From: Somniosus microcephalus
Taxonomy: Eukaryota
Assembly (NCBI GenBank): GCA_052327205.1
Contig: CM126203.1
Coordinates: forward strand, 177,258,001 to 177,322,000
Direction: 5' to 3'
Length of the DNA stretch: 64,000 nt
A program made the position numbers and the translations under genes. Positions 49,025 to 63,187 of the stretch are shown here, one piece after another. Below the pieces are notes generated by a model. That model was not told where the DNA came from. It did not search any database and worked only from the letters and a program-made list of their open reading frames with translations. The first letter of the stretch is position 1, and every line of letters starts with the position of its first letter.

Positions 49025-51010
49025 GGGCTGTAGTTTGCAGCCCCTACGGGTGCGTACTATGGCCTAGAAATTCAGTGGGCCTTGCGCCCACTTAGCGCCT
49101 AAAGAGGTCTTCTGCGCCGGCGGGGTTGGTAGCGCGGAAATTGAGTGCAGCGTTAATGGCGGCGGTAGCCGGTAGCGCTGCGCCAGCACCGATGACATCA
49201 TCGGTGTGTGCAGCGCCCCGGTTCCGCCCCGATGCCGGCCCTACGCCCATATTCAGTTGCAGCCGCCTCTTCCGCAGCGGCCGCAAACAACGTTCGTGAA
49301 CCACGGCCTTCATGCAGCGTTGGTGGGGCGCATAAAGGTGGAGGTGCGGCCGGCCGCTTTTTCGGCGGCCGCCTGCCCGCACCTCCCTCCCCGGCCTCCT
49401 ACACCACCCCCCCCGCGGCATTGGTGGCTGATTCCCGCGAGCCCGGCACTTCTCCGTGGTGCCGGGCTCATTTGCCGGCAGAATCCAGCGGCGATCTCAC
49501 GGCTGCAGGCAGCTCCTCCTTAAGAGAAGGAGGAGGCCTGCAGTACCCCAGCCTGCCGCACCGCATCGGTTGGCGCAGCGGCAGCTGGAGCGCCCCAAGC
49601 GGAGGCGGGCACACCCTGGAACAGCGCCCGGTTCCGACTTGGGGCGCTAAAAGTGAATTTCTGGCGGGCGCAACGGGCTCCGGGCGCTTCGCAAACTTTT
49701 GGGCGCAACTGAGCTGGCGGGGCCATACCTAATTTCTAGGCCTATGTGTGTACGCACCTGTAACGGCTGGGCAAGTTACGGGTTTAGGCATGCCAAGTGT
49801 ATGCGCACAAACCCGGAACTTGCGATCTATCAAGAATCTTCTGGGAAAAAGGCATCTGTGGGCAGAGAGTTGGCAACTTCTACCCAGCGAATGGCCATGA
49901 AATTCTTACGCTTGGTAAAAGCAGGCATAAGGCCTGCTTTTACCAGCGTAAGAGTTTTATAAAACAGAGAAATAAAAAATTTTCAATAATTTATACATTT
50001 AAAAACCTGTGAAATAAGGTAAGTTTATTTTAGCCCCTTTAAAACATGTAAATTTATTTTTCAAAAAATTTAATTTTTGTTTTAAAAGTTAATTAAATGC
50101 CATTTTCATTCATTTTAAATATGTGATTTTTAAAAAATTTATTTGAAGTGTAGAGGTATTTTTTGGGGTATTCCCATTCATACTTATCGGGTTTCCGTAC
50201 ATACAGAATTCCCACAAGCATGAATGGGGATTCCCTTCTGCCATTCGTTGGTCTGGCCCACATGATCCCAGGGGCGCTTGCAAACTGCCTGTGCCCCTGG
50301 GATACGTGGGCCTCTACCCATGGGTACCCGGAGAGGCCCAGGACCGCAAGTCTCCATACCTCCCGGACCACCAGGTAGGCGCGGATTTTATTTATGGATC
50401 GGAGGCATTTCCCCGTGGGAAGTTTCCGACCACAAATGCAGGGCCAATATCTCTGAAGATAGGTAAAGTTTTTAAAGTGCTTTTTTGCTTTGTGCCTATA
50501 AATACTTGTACTTGCTTCTAACTGCTTCTCAAAGAGTTGGAGCGGCAGCACATTTTTGGACCTCCCACACCCCTCACCTAACGTCAGGGGTGCCCAGAAG
50601 GAGGTGTGTCATTTTGTACGGGCACCGATTCTCATGCTTCTTCTGGTATGAGAAGAGGGCCAGGATTGCAAGACATGATTGGCTCCTCATGATACACAGA
50701 AAGGTCATGGGACTTAGGAGGGCCTCGTCCCATGGCAGCTGGCTCCTGGCATGAAGATGCTGCTGGTTACATCTCTGAAGAGTGCTCCTGGGCAGCCTGG
50801 TTTCACCTCCCATATTCCACTGTCATGGTGCTCTGAGAAGGATGGCTGGAGGCCTGGCATGTGCTACTATCCTGAGGGACGGCAGTATCGTACAGCTGCA
50901 ACTCCTGGGTGGCTTAGAAATCATCATTCTCTTTACCATCATCTTCTTCCACCCCCTGTACCACCTGTTGTTTTGGTGGAACTTCAGGAAGGGAGGCTAA
51001 AAGTCAAGAA
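49025..51010. mobile_element. Older Harbinger-derived non-autonomous element; right end not identified
   Basis: Begins GGGCTGTAGTTTGC with a subterminal hairpin; 50210-50345 recurs inverted at 59050-59180; decayed coding-like remnants at 50560-51000. Confidence 0.45.
49061..49742. mobile_element. Harbinger MITE, 682 bp; related to 22740-23334 in opposite orientation
   Basis: Perfect TIRs GGCCTAGAAATT and AATTTCTAGGCC; TSD TAT; shared core ...GCTCCTCCTTAAGAGAAGGAGGAGGCCTGCAG... Confidence 0.95.
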
Positions 51011-53906
51011 TAGATGAACATCATCCCCTTGAGATTAAGGAGACAGAGAAGGCAAAGGAAGGTTGTGGCTGCTTCACAGGAATACCCTGTGACAGTGTAG
51101 GTACTAAGTCAGCAATCTGGCAATGGCAAAATGCCACTGACCTCACCATATCCCACGACAAAAGCTGAGTGGCTCCCTATGAATTCTATGGCCTTCTCCG
51201 CAAAGGAGGCAAAGTATTTAATGTTGGGGAAGCTTCTCTGATGTCCTGCCTGTAGTGGATATTGCGTGCCAATTTTCCCTGCAAGAAGATAGAGTAAATA
51301 AGGTTAAGACTTAGCAGTTGAGTGTGTGCCAAGTGGCATAAAAGAGCTGAAGTAAGAAATGTGGGAATATGAGATTGTTAAAGTGCAGAAAGAGATTTCA
51401 GGGTTTTGCATGTAAGTACAGGAAAACCTTTGGTATCTGGCACCGACGGGACCGCCGTGTTGCCGGTTGATCAAAAATTCTGGATGACGGAGAGGGTTAT
51501 CTACCGCGGCTATTTTTAACAAAGAAAAATTTAAAAAATCTAGAAATGTGCAGTATACAGTAATTGGGTACTCACCTACAGAGTGTTGTGTTAAATGGAT
51601 GGTGGAAGATGCTTGATTAAGTACAGTACTGCCAGTTGAGGGTAATGCAATGCAATGACTACCAGCAGCGTGGGAGACACACAGTACCCCTGTAAAATGG
51701 CGGATCAGAAGAGGCTACTGGCAGCGCGGGAGAGTCAGACTCCTGTTACAGGGGTATTGAGGTGTTCCGACTTCCGACAGCGCCAAGAAGCCGAGTAGTG
51801 GCAGTTTGGAGAACTACCCCCACTGACTAACTCGGCCACCGCGGGAGACTCGAACTCGGACTCGGCAACATTGCCGGTTATTGAGGTGTTGTTTTCGGAG
51901 TGAGAATTTTGCTGGTTAATAGAGAATTCCGAATGTTTAGGTGCCGTTTAAACAAGAGTTTCCTGTAATTGCTGTGAGATGATCTAGGAAGCCATAGTGC
52001 AAGATGTCAAGTTAGAGTCCCACCCTTAACCAGAAAGTATTGTGAAGGATTAGTTGTGGAAGTGTTGCTTTAAGCAGGTCAAGTGTGTGCTGGTGTCCAT
52101 GGCGGGCAAGGAAGAAAAGGCAGGGATGTCCAGCGTGTTCCCTGCTGAGGATGTGGCACTTTTTTCAGCACTCTTTGCAGTCCTGAGGTAGGGGACTTGG
52201 TACCCAGTGTCAATGCCACATCCCTCCAGGTGGCATAAATATATTTCTGGATGGCTTGCTGTCACCCTAATTCAATAGCCTGCTCGTCCGATTTTGCAAC
52301 AAATAGCGAACAGAGGGAATCTTGCCCATTGTTAGTTTTCTTTGCTGCATCTGATCCTTTGTAGTCATCATGCTCTGGTCAGTTCTTCCTTGATTGCCAA
52401 ACCAATGTTTATTCCTTTTTAAGATTCACATCCTCTGGTTAAAGTTTAAATAACAACCTTTGACAAATCAAATGCTAACTTGTGAGTTCAAAAAGTCTTA
52501 CTGAGTAACTCTTCAAATATTTTCCCAAGACTAATACATGGAATAATTAATCTTTGATCTCTGAGTTTCTTTCTTGAGATACAACTTTTGATAAACATGC
52601 CTCTCTGATCCGAGACAGCACAGTTTCTCCCAAAGTAGCTTTATTTTTTCACTCTTCCTTTTGGAAATCTGATAATCGCAATCACAATCTCTTGCTTCAT
52701 ACTTGTACACCCTATGGAATTACTCTCAAATGATATAATTTTGAGAGAGAATTTTGATGCACCCCTGAAAATACACGTTTATTAATCCAGTTAATAATGT
52801 AATTTCATCAGAGCATAATCCAGTTGTGGATCCAAATGATAATTTTGACACATGATTATTACAGTGCCGCAATGTCAATGACTGGAACCTCAGCCACTAC
52901 TATATCCCTGCAGTAGCGCATCGTTTGCATCCATTTTAAAGGTTTAAAAAATAATATTTCAAAATGCACTAAAATTATTTCTAAAGTTATTTTCTTCCAT
53001 GACCTCAAATTCCTGGTTTCTCAATAGATATGGGAGCGCCTGTCTATGCTGCTCTTGAGTAAGGTGCTAGGAAATGATCAAGAGAGGCACTGGTGTCTGT
53101 TACAAATTTTGGATCCGCATTAGATATTCTCTCAGGTTCAATGATTGTGGTCTCTCCCATAACCAGACTCTGAGTCCCAGGAGTTCACCTTTATTGCCCA
53201 ATAGCTAGACACATGATGCCATGACTGGGGGAATCATAAACATCATAATCCCTCATTGTGTAACCTAGAAACTATAATCTCACTTGTGCCTGCATGTGCG
53301 CTCTTCCTATCTTCAGAAGGTGGGCTGGTTACCACTCAAGTGAAATGAGGCTAATTGTAAACCAACAAGCCAGTTTATTTTAAATGTTATGTATGAATGA
53401 CACAATATGGTCTTAAATAAATTTCACTTATTTCACAGCACTTCTCATAACAGAAAGTAACAAAATACACCATACTACCCCTGGTAATAGGTCAAATTCA
53501 CGTTACAGACTAGAAAATTCCTTGAAACCAATGGACTCTAACCTTGGGAAGAGTCTGTGACTGTTTTCCAGTCCAAGTTTCTGCAGACTGCGCATCTGTC
53601 CCAGCTATAAAGGAAATCAAAGGCTTGACCTTCTCGTGGCAAGGAATTGGCCAGTCTTCTCCCCCCGACTGTTGAACTCAAATGAATGCAACCATTCCAT
53701 ATATTATATGTGAATATTACTAAAATATACCAATGAGTCCCAGAGTCTCACATTAAGCTGATATGCAAAACTTACCTTTCTGACGGATATGTAATCTGGC
53801 CTTGGTTGTGTATGCATTCTCAGAGAGCAAATAGATTTTTTAATCATTTGTTTTTATGATATAGGTGATGCTAGTAAGGCCATGACAGGAGAAGGACAGA
53901 TGGATG

Positions 53907-56900
53907 TGTTGTGTATGTACCTTTAAGAGAATAACTGGTCTCAGACTGCAGTACCGGCAGTGACCACCCCTGTATAAAAGGCGCTAGTAAGCCTCTGTAG
54001 TTTCAGTTTCCCGATTGACTCCTTTCAGTAAAGACTTGTTTTGTTCAACTCCTGCTGTCCGTGTCTCAATCATACACGGACATAATGCTGGTGACGAGCA
54101 GATACGAACTTACCTACAGTCTGCACCACCTCCTGGGATCCATTCCTGCAGCGAAGTGAGCAGAGGTCGAGGCCAGAAGGAAGAAAGAAGCAGTAGAAAC
54201 GGGCGTCGACCATGGGCAACCGCCCCTGTGTTAGCGAAGTTGAAGATTGCTGGAGAAGCTGTCGAAAGCGGGGCCTGGTTCCTGTCGACGGTGCTTCAGC
54301 TAATCGGGCTGGTGGCAGGTAGTACACTGATCCTTCCTGGGCTGCGGCGGTCGCGAACTCGAGCGGGTGGCTTGCAACAGGGCCGAGCAGCGTTGTCGGG
54401 AAGAGGAGAGAGAGAGAGGGTGGAGCACACAGGGCGCGGCCGGTGCTACGAAGCCGGGTTGCGTATAGACCCGAGAAGAGGGAGGCAAGAGTCCCACAGG
54501 GTTGTTCCACGACGGGAAAATAATTTAAAAAAAAGAAATATTAAACATGCAGGAAACCGCAAGGAGCTGCAGGTTGCAACGGAAACCGCGGAAAGCAGCG
54601 CTAGCAACAGCGGGGAAGAAGGCAAAAGCGCGGGAGGCGCCATCTTAATCAGCGGGGAAGAAGGCAAAGCGCGGGAGGTGCCATTTTGTTAAATCGGGGA
54701 AGAAGGCAAAGTGCGGGAGGCGCCATTTTAGATTTTCAAGATGCCGAAGACTGGCTGTATCACTGCCTTTGATAATACAATAGAGGACTGGACCACGTAT
54801 GTGGAAAGAGTCGAGGTATATTGCGAGGCAAACGAAATAGCCGATGAGAAAAAGGCATCGGTATTGCTAAACTTAGTGGGCGCTAGAACGTACAGCCTAT
54901 TGCGGGACCTGATTACTCCAGCCAAACCGAAGGCAAAGAGTTTTAACGAAATTGTTGCTGTCCTACAGGAACACCTAAACCCTGCACCGCTGTTGATAGC
55001 CAAACGATTTAAATTCCACAGGAGAACTCAGCATAAAGATGAGAGCAATGCTGAGTACCTTACGGAACTACGCAAGCTATCAAAGCACTGCCAGTTCGGA
55101 GCAGGACTGGCAGATACGCTACGGGACAAATTTGTCTGTGGACTCCTGAGTGAAGGAACACAGAAGAAGTTACTCTCAGAGAAAGAGCTGACGCTAGATA
55201 AGGCTTTCAGCGTGGCAGTATCGTACGAAGCAGCAGCCAGGGGAGCTGCAGAAATTCAACAAAAGCCACAGGAATACGGCACCCACGAAATGACACGGGG
55301 ATTTGCAAAATGTTATCGCTGCGGCAGAACTAACCATGACCAGAAGGACTGCTGGTCCAAGGACAAAATATGCAGGCAATGCGGAAAGATGGGACACATT
55401 GCACGAGTTTGCAGGTCTGGGAAGAAGACCAGCGACAACAAAAAGGCTACTAAGGAACCGTACAAGAAAGTACAAAAGATGACGGACAGTAGTTCCGAAG
55501 ACCAGATGAGCGATAGTGAATCCGGGAACAGGAGACTAAGCTGTCTCAAACTTCACAATGTAATCGCAAAAGAGGATCACCGAACCATTTGGGTCACCCT
55601 CACGATAGCAGGGTCCCAAGTTACAATGGAATTGGATACAGGATCAGCGCTAACCGTCATGAATCGACGAGACTACGAGCGGCTATTCTCACACATACCC
55701 TTGAGAGAGACATCCATCGTCTTGACGACGTATACGGGGCAAAATGTATACCCCAGAGGAAAAATATGGGTGCCTGTCGAATACAACGGCAAGAAAATAC
55801 GGAAATTGTATATCTACACACTGCAAAATGGTGGACCACCGTTATTGGGACGTGAATGGATCAGGAAGATAAGCTTAGATTGGCACTCCATTCATGCAAT
55901 GATGGTGGACGGTAAAAAAGATGAAGACGTCACTCCTGGACGATTGTCAACAATCTTAGCTAACGCCAAAGAGGTATTTCAACAAGAACTGGGCACTCTT
56001 AAAGGCGTAACTGCCTCAATAAAAATAGAAGAGAATGCAATTCCCAAGTTTTTCAAAGCAAGACCGGTACCATATGAAATTCGCCCAGCCGTCGAGGCAG
56101 AGCTGGAGAATCTGGAGAAGGCAGGCGTGTTGTCTAAGGTCGACTGGAGCGAGTGGGCGACACCCATCGTTCCTGTCATGAAGAAAACGTTAAGCAATAA
56201 GTCTGAGGAGCCAAGGAAGGTTCGCATCTGTGGGGATTTCAAGGTGACGGTGAACCCAGTCCTTCACACAGTACAATATCCACTTCCAAGGATAGAAGAC
56301 ATCTTCGCCTCACTGTCTGGAGGGAAGCGTTTTACAAAAATTGACCTAGCACAAGCATATTTGCAGATGGAGGTTGAAGAATCCTCTAGGAAGTATCTCA
56401 CGATAAACACTCACCAGTATCATCGATTGGTATTCGGAGTAGCATCAGCTCTGGTGATATGGCAAAGAGCGATGGAACAAGTCCTGCAAGGGATTCCGGG
56501 GACTCAGTGTTACTTGGACGACATCCTTGTGACAGGTGAAGATGACAGTGAACACCTTAACAACCTACAACAGGTGCTCACTAGACTACGGGAACATGGG
56601 CTACGAGCCAACCGCCCCAAGTGCGAGTTTTTTAAGAAACAGATATCGTATTGTGGCCACGTGATTGATGAAGAGGGGTTACATAAGTCCCCTGACAAAA
56701 TTGAAGCGGTTGTTAAGGCCCCAGCGCCTGAAAATGTGTCGCAACTGAGGTCATTCCTCGGATTGGTGAATTACTACCATAAGTTTTTGCCGAATTTGTC
56801 GACAATCCTGCACCCACTGAACGCCCTGCTATGAACAGGAGTAGCATGGAAATGGAGCAATGACTGTAAGCGGGCCTTTCAGAAGAGTAAGGACTTAATC

Positions 56901-58973
56901 ACTTCAAGAGAAGTATTGGCTCACTACAACCCAGCACTGCCGATCAGACTGGCGTGTGATGCATCTCCCTACGGCATTGGGGCGGTACTGTCACATAAAT
57001 TCCTTGATGGTTTAGAGAGACCGATAGCTTTTGCGTCACGCTCGTTAACCTCTGCCAAGCGTAACTACGCCCAGATTGACAGAGGCCCTCAGCCTAGTGT
57101 GGGGGGTGAAGAAGTTCAATCACTACCTGCACGGTCAAAAATTTACTCTACTAACCGATCATCAACCTTTTGTCTCCATTTTCAACCCTCAGAAGGGCGT
57201 ACCGATAATGACAGCGCAACGGCTGCAGAGGTGGTCCCTTTTCCTAGGGGCACACCAATATGACATAGAGTACAAAGGAACTAAACAGCATGGAATGCTG
57301 ATGGATTGTCACGCCTACCGTTGCCGACGGTGGAAGAAGAAGACCTTGCAGTGGATCCAATGGAGTTATTCCACTCTACCATAGTCGAATGTCTCCCTGT
57401 GACGAATGCAAAATAGAAAAGGAAACACGGACTGACCCGACACTATCACGGGTCTATGATTTAACGGTGAAGGGATGGCCAGCACATGGCGAACCACTGC
57501 TGCCAGCATTCTCGCCGAGAAGAGAACAGCTGTCAGTGTGCAGAGGAACCTTGATGTGTGGATCCAGAGTAGTAATTCCACCTAAGTTGATGGATAGAGT
57601 GCTCAATGAGCTTCATGAGGGTCATCTGGGTGGGGTAAAAATGAAGAACTTAGCCAGAGCGTTTGTGTGGTGGCCGGGAATCGATAGAGAAATCGAAGAG
57701 ATGACCAAGAGCTGTGCAGGATGCCAGAAGGTCCAAAACGCCCCACCACAAGCTCCTCTTCATCCATGGGAGTGGCCCTCATCTCCATGGCAAAGGGTGC
57801 ACATTGATTTTGCTGGTCCCTTCATGGACTTGATGTTTTTAATTGTGGTGGATGCACATTCAAAGTGGCCAGAGGTAATAAAAATGTCCTCAACCACCAC
57901 GGAAAAAACTATCACAGTTTTACGAACCATATTCGCCAGGAATGGGCTGCCTGAACAGATTTGCTCTGACAATGGACCACAGTTTGTGTCTGAAGAGTTC
58001 CGGAGGTTCTTAAAGAACAATTGTGTTAAGCATTACACATCTGCCCCATATCATCCAGCCACTAATGGATTGGCTGAGAGGTTTGTTCAGACATTCAAGA
58101 AGGCTATCAAGGCAATGTGTAATGAAGATATACCCCTACAACACAAGGTGGACAACTTCTTGTTTGCCTACCGGAATGCGACACATGCGGTTACCAACCA
58201 AACTCCAGCCATGATGTTCTTCAATCGAAGACTATGATGCTGCTTGGATTTGGTTAAGCCAAACGTCCGAAGAGATGTGGAGAACAGGCAGTTTCAGAAT
58301 ATGAATGAAAGGCCGACCAGGAGTTTTAAGATAGGTCAACCAGTTTTGGCCCGGGACTACGGCACTGAGAAATGGCAGCCAGGAACGATTTGTACACGGC
58401 AAGGACCTCTCATGTATACCGTGGACATTGGAGAGAGCATTGTAAGACGCCATGCTGACCAGATTCTAGAGTCACTGGAAAACGTCAACTCCACACCACG
58501 ATCTGATACACCTGGCAATGAAATCGACGTACCAATTGCAGCTACCGCAGAATCGGTGATATTGGAAGCAGATGAACCAAACAACGACATTGATCCCGAC
58601 TCAACCTTGCCAGAGGAACCTGATACCCCAAAGAGGCGTTATCCAGACAGAATCAGGAAACCTCCTCAAAGACTGAACTTATAATTGCTTAAACTTAACC
58701 AATGTATCTAGCAACCGTAATTGTGATTGTAATTAGTTATCATTTAGTTGTTAAATGAATGTTATGTACTGTTTATCTAAAAGGGGAGGAATTGTTGTGT
58801 ATGTACCTTTAAGAGAATAACTGGTCTCAGACTGCAGTACCGGCAGTGACCACCCCTGTATAAAAGGCGCTAGTAAGCCTTTGTAGTTTCAGTTTCCCGA
58901 TTGACTCCTTTCCGTAAAGACTTGTTTTGTTCAACTCCTGCTGTCTGTGTCTCAGTCATACACGGACATAATA
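53907..58973 (+). mobile_element. Full-length Gypsy/Ty3 LTR retrotransposon
   Basis: 181-bp LTRs at 53907-54087 and 58793-58973 (~5 mismatches); TSD GGATG; PBS TGGTGACGAG at 54089; PPT AAAAGGGGAGGAA. Confidence 0.96.
54741..58684 (+). pseudogene. Gypsy gag-pol (gag, PR, RT, RNase H, IN), disrupted
   Basis: CYRCGRTNH and CRQCGKMGHIARVC knuckles; LDTGS; YLDD; CDASPYGIGAVL; HIDFAGP, SDNGPQF, NGLAERFV; stops at 56832 and 58235; frameshifts at ~57080-57400. Confidence 0.95.
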
Positions 58974-61194
58974 GGATGATTATACATTTGAGCCATAACA
59001 GAAAACAAAGGTGCTGGCCAGCCCACTGCTTGACTTGAACCTTTCATTTTGGGCCTGGGCCTCTCTGGGTACACGCGGGTAGAGGCCCACGTATCCCAGG
59101 GGCCCAGGTGGTTCGCAAACACCCCTAGGATCCCGTGGGCCAGCCCAACGAATGATAGAAGGGGATCCCCATTCATGCTTATTTCCAGCATTTTCTGTTT
59201 TTATTTCTGATTTCCAGCAGTCGAAGTATTTTGCTTTTGGGTTGTTTTTCAGTTAACCGCTGCTCACTCTCATTTTGCTTCTCTTCTTGCAACTTGTAAT
59301 GATTGAACAAAAATGACCGTTAATCATTGGAAATACTCAGCAGCTCAGGCAGCATCTGTGGAGAGAGAAACAGAGTTAACGTTTCAGGTCCATGACCTTT
59401 CATACAAAAGCATGCAGTATAAAAATTGCTATTAATTTATAAACAGGTAGACCTTGCTCCATTACATCATAAATGAGGTACAGCCATTTGGACAAGCCAC
59501 CAGGCGGGAAGGTGGGGTGTGGGGTGGGGGGGAGTGGGGTGCCTGGGCGGCATGAGCAATTGTGGAATATCCCAGTGAGATCCAGCACCGGAAACAAAAG
59601 TATAAATTGGGAAAGGGAGGAAGAAGCAAAACTTATTCTGAATCATTAAAGGCTTCTGTTGTATTTGAGTATTCAGTATTTATTTTATTTTATTCTATTT
59701 AATTTTGCAGATAAAATATTAGAACGATGAATTCTTCACATGGGAGAATTGTAAACCTCGAAATATACAAGATTAAAATTCAGTTTATGATCCTAAGAAG
59801 CAGATGGAATGTGAATTAATAAAAGGTTAACTCAGACAAAAGGGTAAGTGCTTGACTTTGTATTATGACTTGATCACATAAAATTGGACCCTAATCAGCA
59901 AAGAGGCACTTCAGCGTGGGGCCATGTGCTTAGCCTTAAATGATTTCCAGGTACTTTTATTTTAAAATGCAATTAATTTTACAAATATTCCTATTTACAT
60001 AGCTCCTCCATGGTGCTCTGTGTAATCTCTATTTCAGCAGTGGAGTGGACCTCCTGGCAGGATGTGTGCCAAAGAGATTCCCTGGAGCTTGTCTGCTTCA
60101 TATCATGCTGTCATCATCATCGCTCTGTCTGCTGACCAATTGTGAGTTGTCTTTTTAAGCTTTTCTCAATGTCCATCAAGTACTAGCTAAAACACAGAAA
60201 ATACTCAGTGGGCACTGGCAGAGGCAGAAACAAACAGACAAGATGGTCTGCAATCGGCCTTTGAACATATACACTCCAAGATACCGTCCTTAGCCTGTGT
60301 CCTGCTAGCACACTATTGAGCAACTGAATTGAAGGTTATACAGCGCACCATGGAGAATGGGAAAAGGAAAGACAGACAGACAGATGTGTTTTACAGCCAA
60401 AGAAATACTTTTGAAGTATAGGCACCGTTGTAATGTAGGAAATGCAGCAGTCAATTTGTGCCCAGCAAGCTCCCACAAAGAGCAATGAGGTAATGAGCAG
60501 ACAATTTGTTTTAGTGATGTTGGTTGCTTTTTAAAACAATAACATGGATCATTAATCCTTACTGGCAATACTCAGCCAATCTGTGGCTACTTTAAGCACG
60601 ATTAGCACTGAACTCAGTATCTCTCAATGAATTTGATACAGAATCAGACCTTGAGGGATAGGTTTTCACAGCTGTTTTACAGTGATAGAGACTAATTCTG
60701 CAGTTATACTCTGGAAACTACTAGATTTAAAAAATGAACGACTGTACTTGAGACTCATAGGGCATACCTTCCCACCAACCGTCCTCATCAAGAATGTGCA
60801 TTAAGTTCATAATATCATGTTAGTTTCACCTGAAAAAGTTGTCTTTCTTCCTTCAAATAATCTTTTTTAAATTATTTACTTTGTAATTTATTTTTTATCT
60901 GAACAGAAGAATTGCTGTGATCACTGTCTGTGGTGACATTATAAACATACTCTTTCTAAATGCATTTGCAATGTCACTACAGATAGTGACCAGAGCAATT
61001 TTTTCTCTCACATCTGGTGAAAGTCCTGATCCCTTCCATTTTATGAACCCTGTTGTACAATGTAAAATATTAAAAGTACTGTCATACCCGTACAGTGAAG
61101 TCTGTACACTACTGCTTTGACTTTGGGTCATATCATGAAATAAATTGGTGAGCCACTCTCTACTGATTTCCATATTTTAGCCCTTTCTGTTTCA

Positions 61195-62680
61195 GAACCT
61201 CTCTGGCCACAGGGGATGTACCAGAGGACTGGAGAACAGCTAACGTAGTATCATTATTCAAGAAGGGTAGCAGGGATAAACCAGGGAATTACAGGCCAGT
61301 GAATCTAACATCTGTGGTGGGAAAATTATTGGAAAAAATTCTGAGGGACAAAATTAATCTCCACTTGGAGAGGCAAGGATTAATCGGGGATAGTCAGCAT
61401 GGCTTTGTTAAGGGTAAATCATGTCTAACAAATCTGATCGAATTTTTCGAGGGGGTGACTAGTGGGGTGGATGAGGGAAATGCTGTGGATGTGGTGTACA
61501 TGGACTTCAGTAAAGCTTTTGACAAAGTCCCGCATAGGAGACTGGTCAAGAAGGTAAGAGCCCATGGGATCCAGGGTGCCTTGGCGCGTTGGATCCTAAA
61601 CTGGCTGAGTGGCAGGAGGCAGAGGGTGATGGTCGAAGGTTGCTTTTGTGACTGGAAGCCTGTGTCCAGTGGGGTACCTCAGGGATCGGTGCTGGGTCCC
61701 TTATTGTTTGTGATCTACATAAATGATTTGGATGAAAATGTAAAAGGTATGATCAGTAAGTTCGCAGATGACACGAAAATTGGTGGGGTGGTAAATTGCG
61801 AGGAGGAAAGCCTCCGGCTACAGGACGATATAAACGGGTTGGTCAGATGGGCGGAAAAGTGGCAAATGGAATTTAACCCTGAAAAGTGCGAGGTGATGCA
61901 TTTTGGACGGACAAATAAGGCAAGGGAATACACAATGAGTGGTAGGACCCTAGGAAGTACAGAGGGTCAGAGGGACCTTGGTGTACATGTACATAGATCC
62001 CACGGAGCAGGTAGATAAGGTGGTTAAAAAGGCATATGGGATACTTGCCTTCATTAGCCGAGGCATAGAATATAAGAGCAGGGAGGTTATGATGGAGCTG
62101 TACAAAACGCTGGTGAGGCCACAGCTGGAGTACTGTGTGCAGTTCTGGTCGCCTCACTATAGGAAGGATGTGATTGCTTTGGAGAGGGTGCAGAGAAGAT
62201 TCACCAGGATGTTACCTGGGATGGAGCGCCTCAGCTATGAAGAGAGGCTGGACAGGCTGGAGTTGTTTTCCTTGGAGCAGAGAAGGCTGAGGGGGGACCT
62301 GATTGAGGTGTACAAAATAATGAGGGGCATAGATAGGGTAGATAAAGAGGAACTTTTCCCCTTAGTGGGGGGGTCAATAACAAGGGGGCATAGATTCAGG
62401 GTAAGGGGCAGGAGATTTAGAGGGGATTTGAGGAGGAACTTTTTCACCCAGAGGGTGGTTGGAATGTGGAACTCAATGCCTAAAAGGGTGGTGGAGGCAG
62501 GAACCCTCACAACATTCAAGAAGCATTTGGATGAGCACTTGAAATGCCATTGCATACAAGGCTATGGACCAAATGCTGGAAAATGGGATTAGACTGGACA
62601 GGGATGGATGGGCGGCGCAGACACGATGGGCCGAAGGGCCTCTTTCTGTGCTGTAAAACTCTATGACTCTATGACTCTAT
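61195..62680 (+). mobile_element. 5'-truncated CR1 LINE (RT to 3' tail) with one frameshift near 62000
   Basis: QHGF, GVPQGSVLGP, FADD, LEYCVQFW; tail (CTCTATGA)n. Confidence 0.93.
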
Positions 62681-63187
62681 AATTGGCCTGCTTTCTGTCA
62701 AGTTTTTGTTAGGTTACTGAATTTCAACAAACCTGAAATAAACCCAGTAATGTTCAGTTAATTTTCTTCTCGAACCTACAGGTATACATTTCTTCGTCTA
62801 TATACCTCTTTTCATGATAACTGCAGCTGGTCTGCAGTAAACCACTCCAAGAAACCAGCCAAAATAAATCTAAGCTTGTGTAGCACAAGGCTGGGCAGGT
62901 GGCAAAGTAAATGGCAGCAGTATTAAATGCATGCACATGCGAAACTATTGGGAAAATACTGATTCATTGTCAGGCCCAAAACGTAAGTGTAATGTGAGGC
63001 CCCAAACCGTCAGCATGTGGGATAATCATGGCCATGCTGCCTGCAATTTGCTGTCTATTGATTTCAATGGATGGAAAATAGTATGCAATGCACCTAGGAT
63101 TGCTCATTATGCACTGACTGTGTACAAGGCTGCCAGCAGGTGGTCTTGCAAAGCTTACCTTCTGTTATGTCTGACATTGGTGATAGG

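Noticed and set aside
49092-49732. ORFs inside the GC-rich MITE
   Set aside because: Stop-poor GC-rich sequence; frames not fully conserved with the sibling MITE
54015-54692. 225-aa ORF upstream of gag
   Set aside because: Begins in the LTR at a non-ATG codon and crosses the PBS; no domain features
59180-60520. Short SINE- or Penelope-like fragments (59185-59240, 59330-59403, 60385-60520)
   Set aside because: Resemble common fish repeats, but family and boundaries cannot be supported without a library search
60895-61173. Hydrophobic short ORFs as a possible host exon
   Set aside because: No recognisable homology or convincing splice pair
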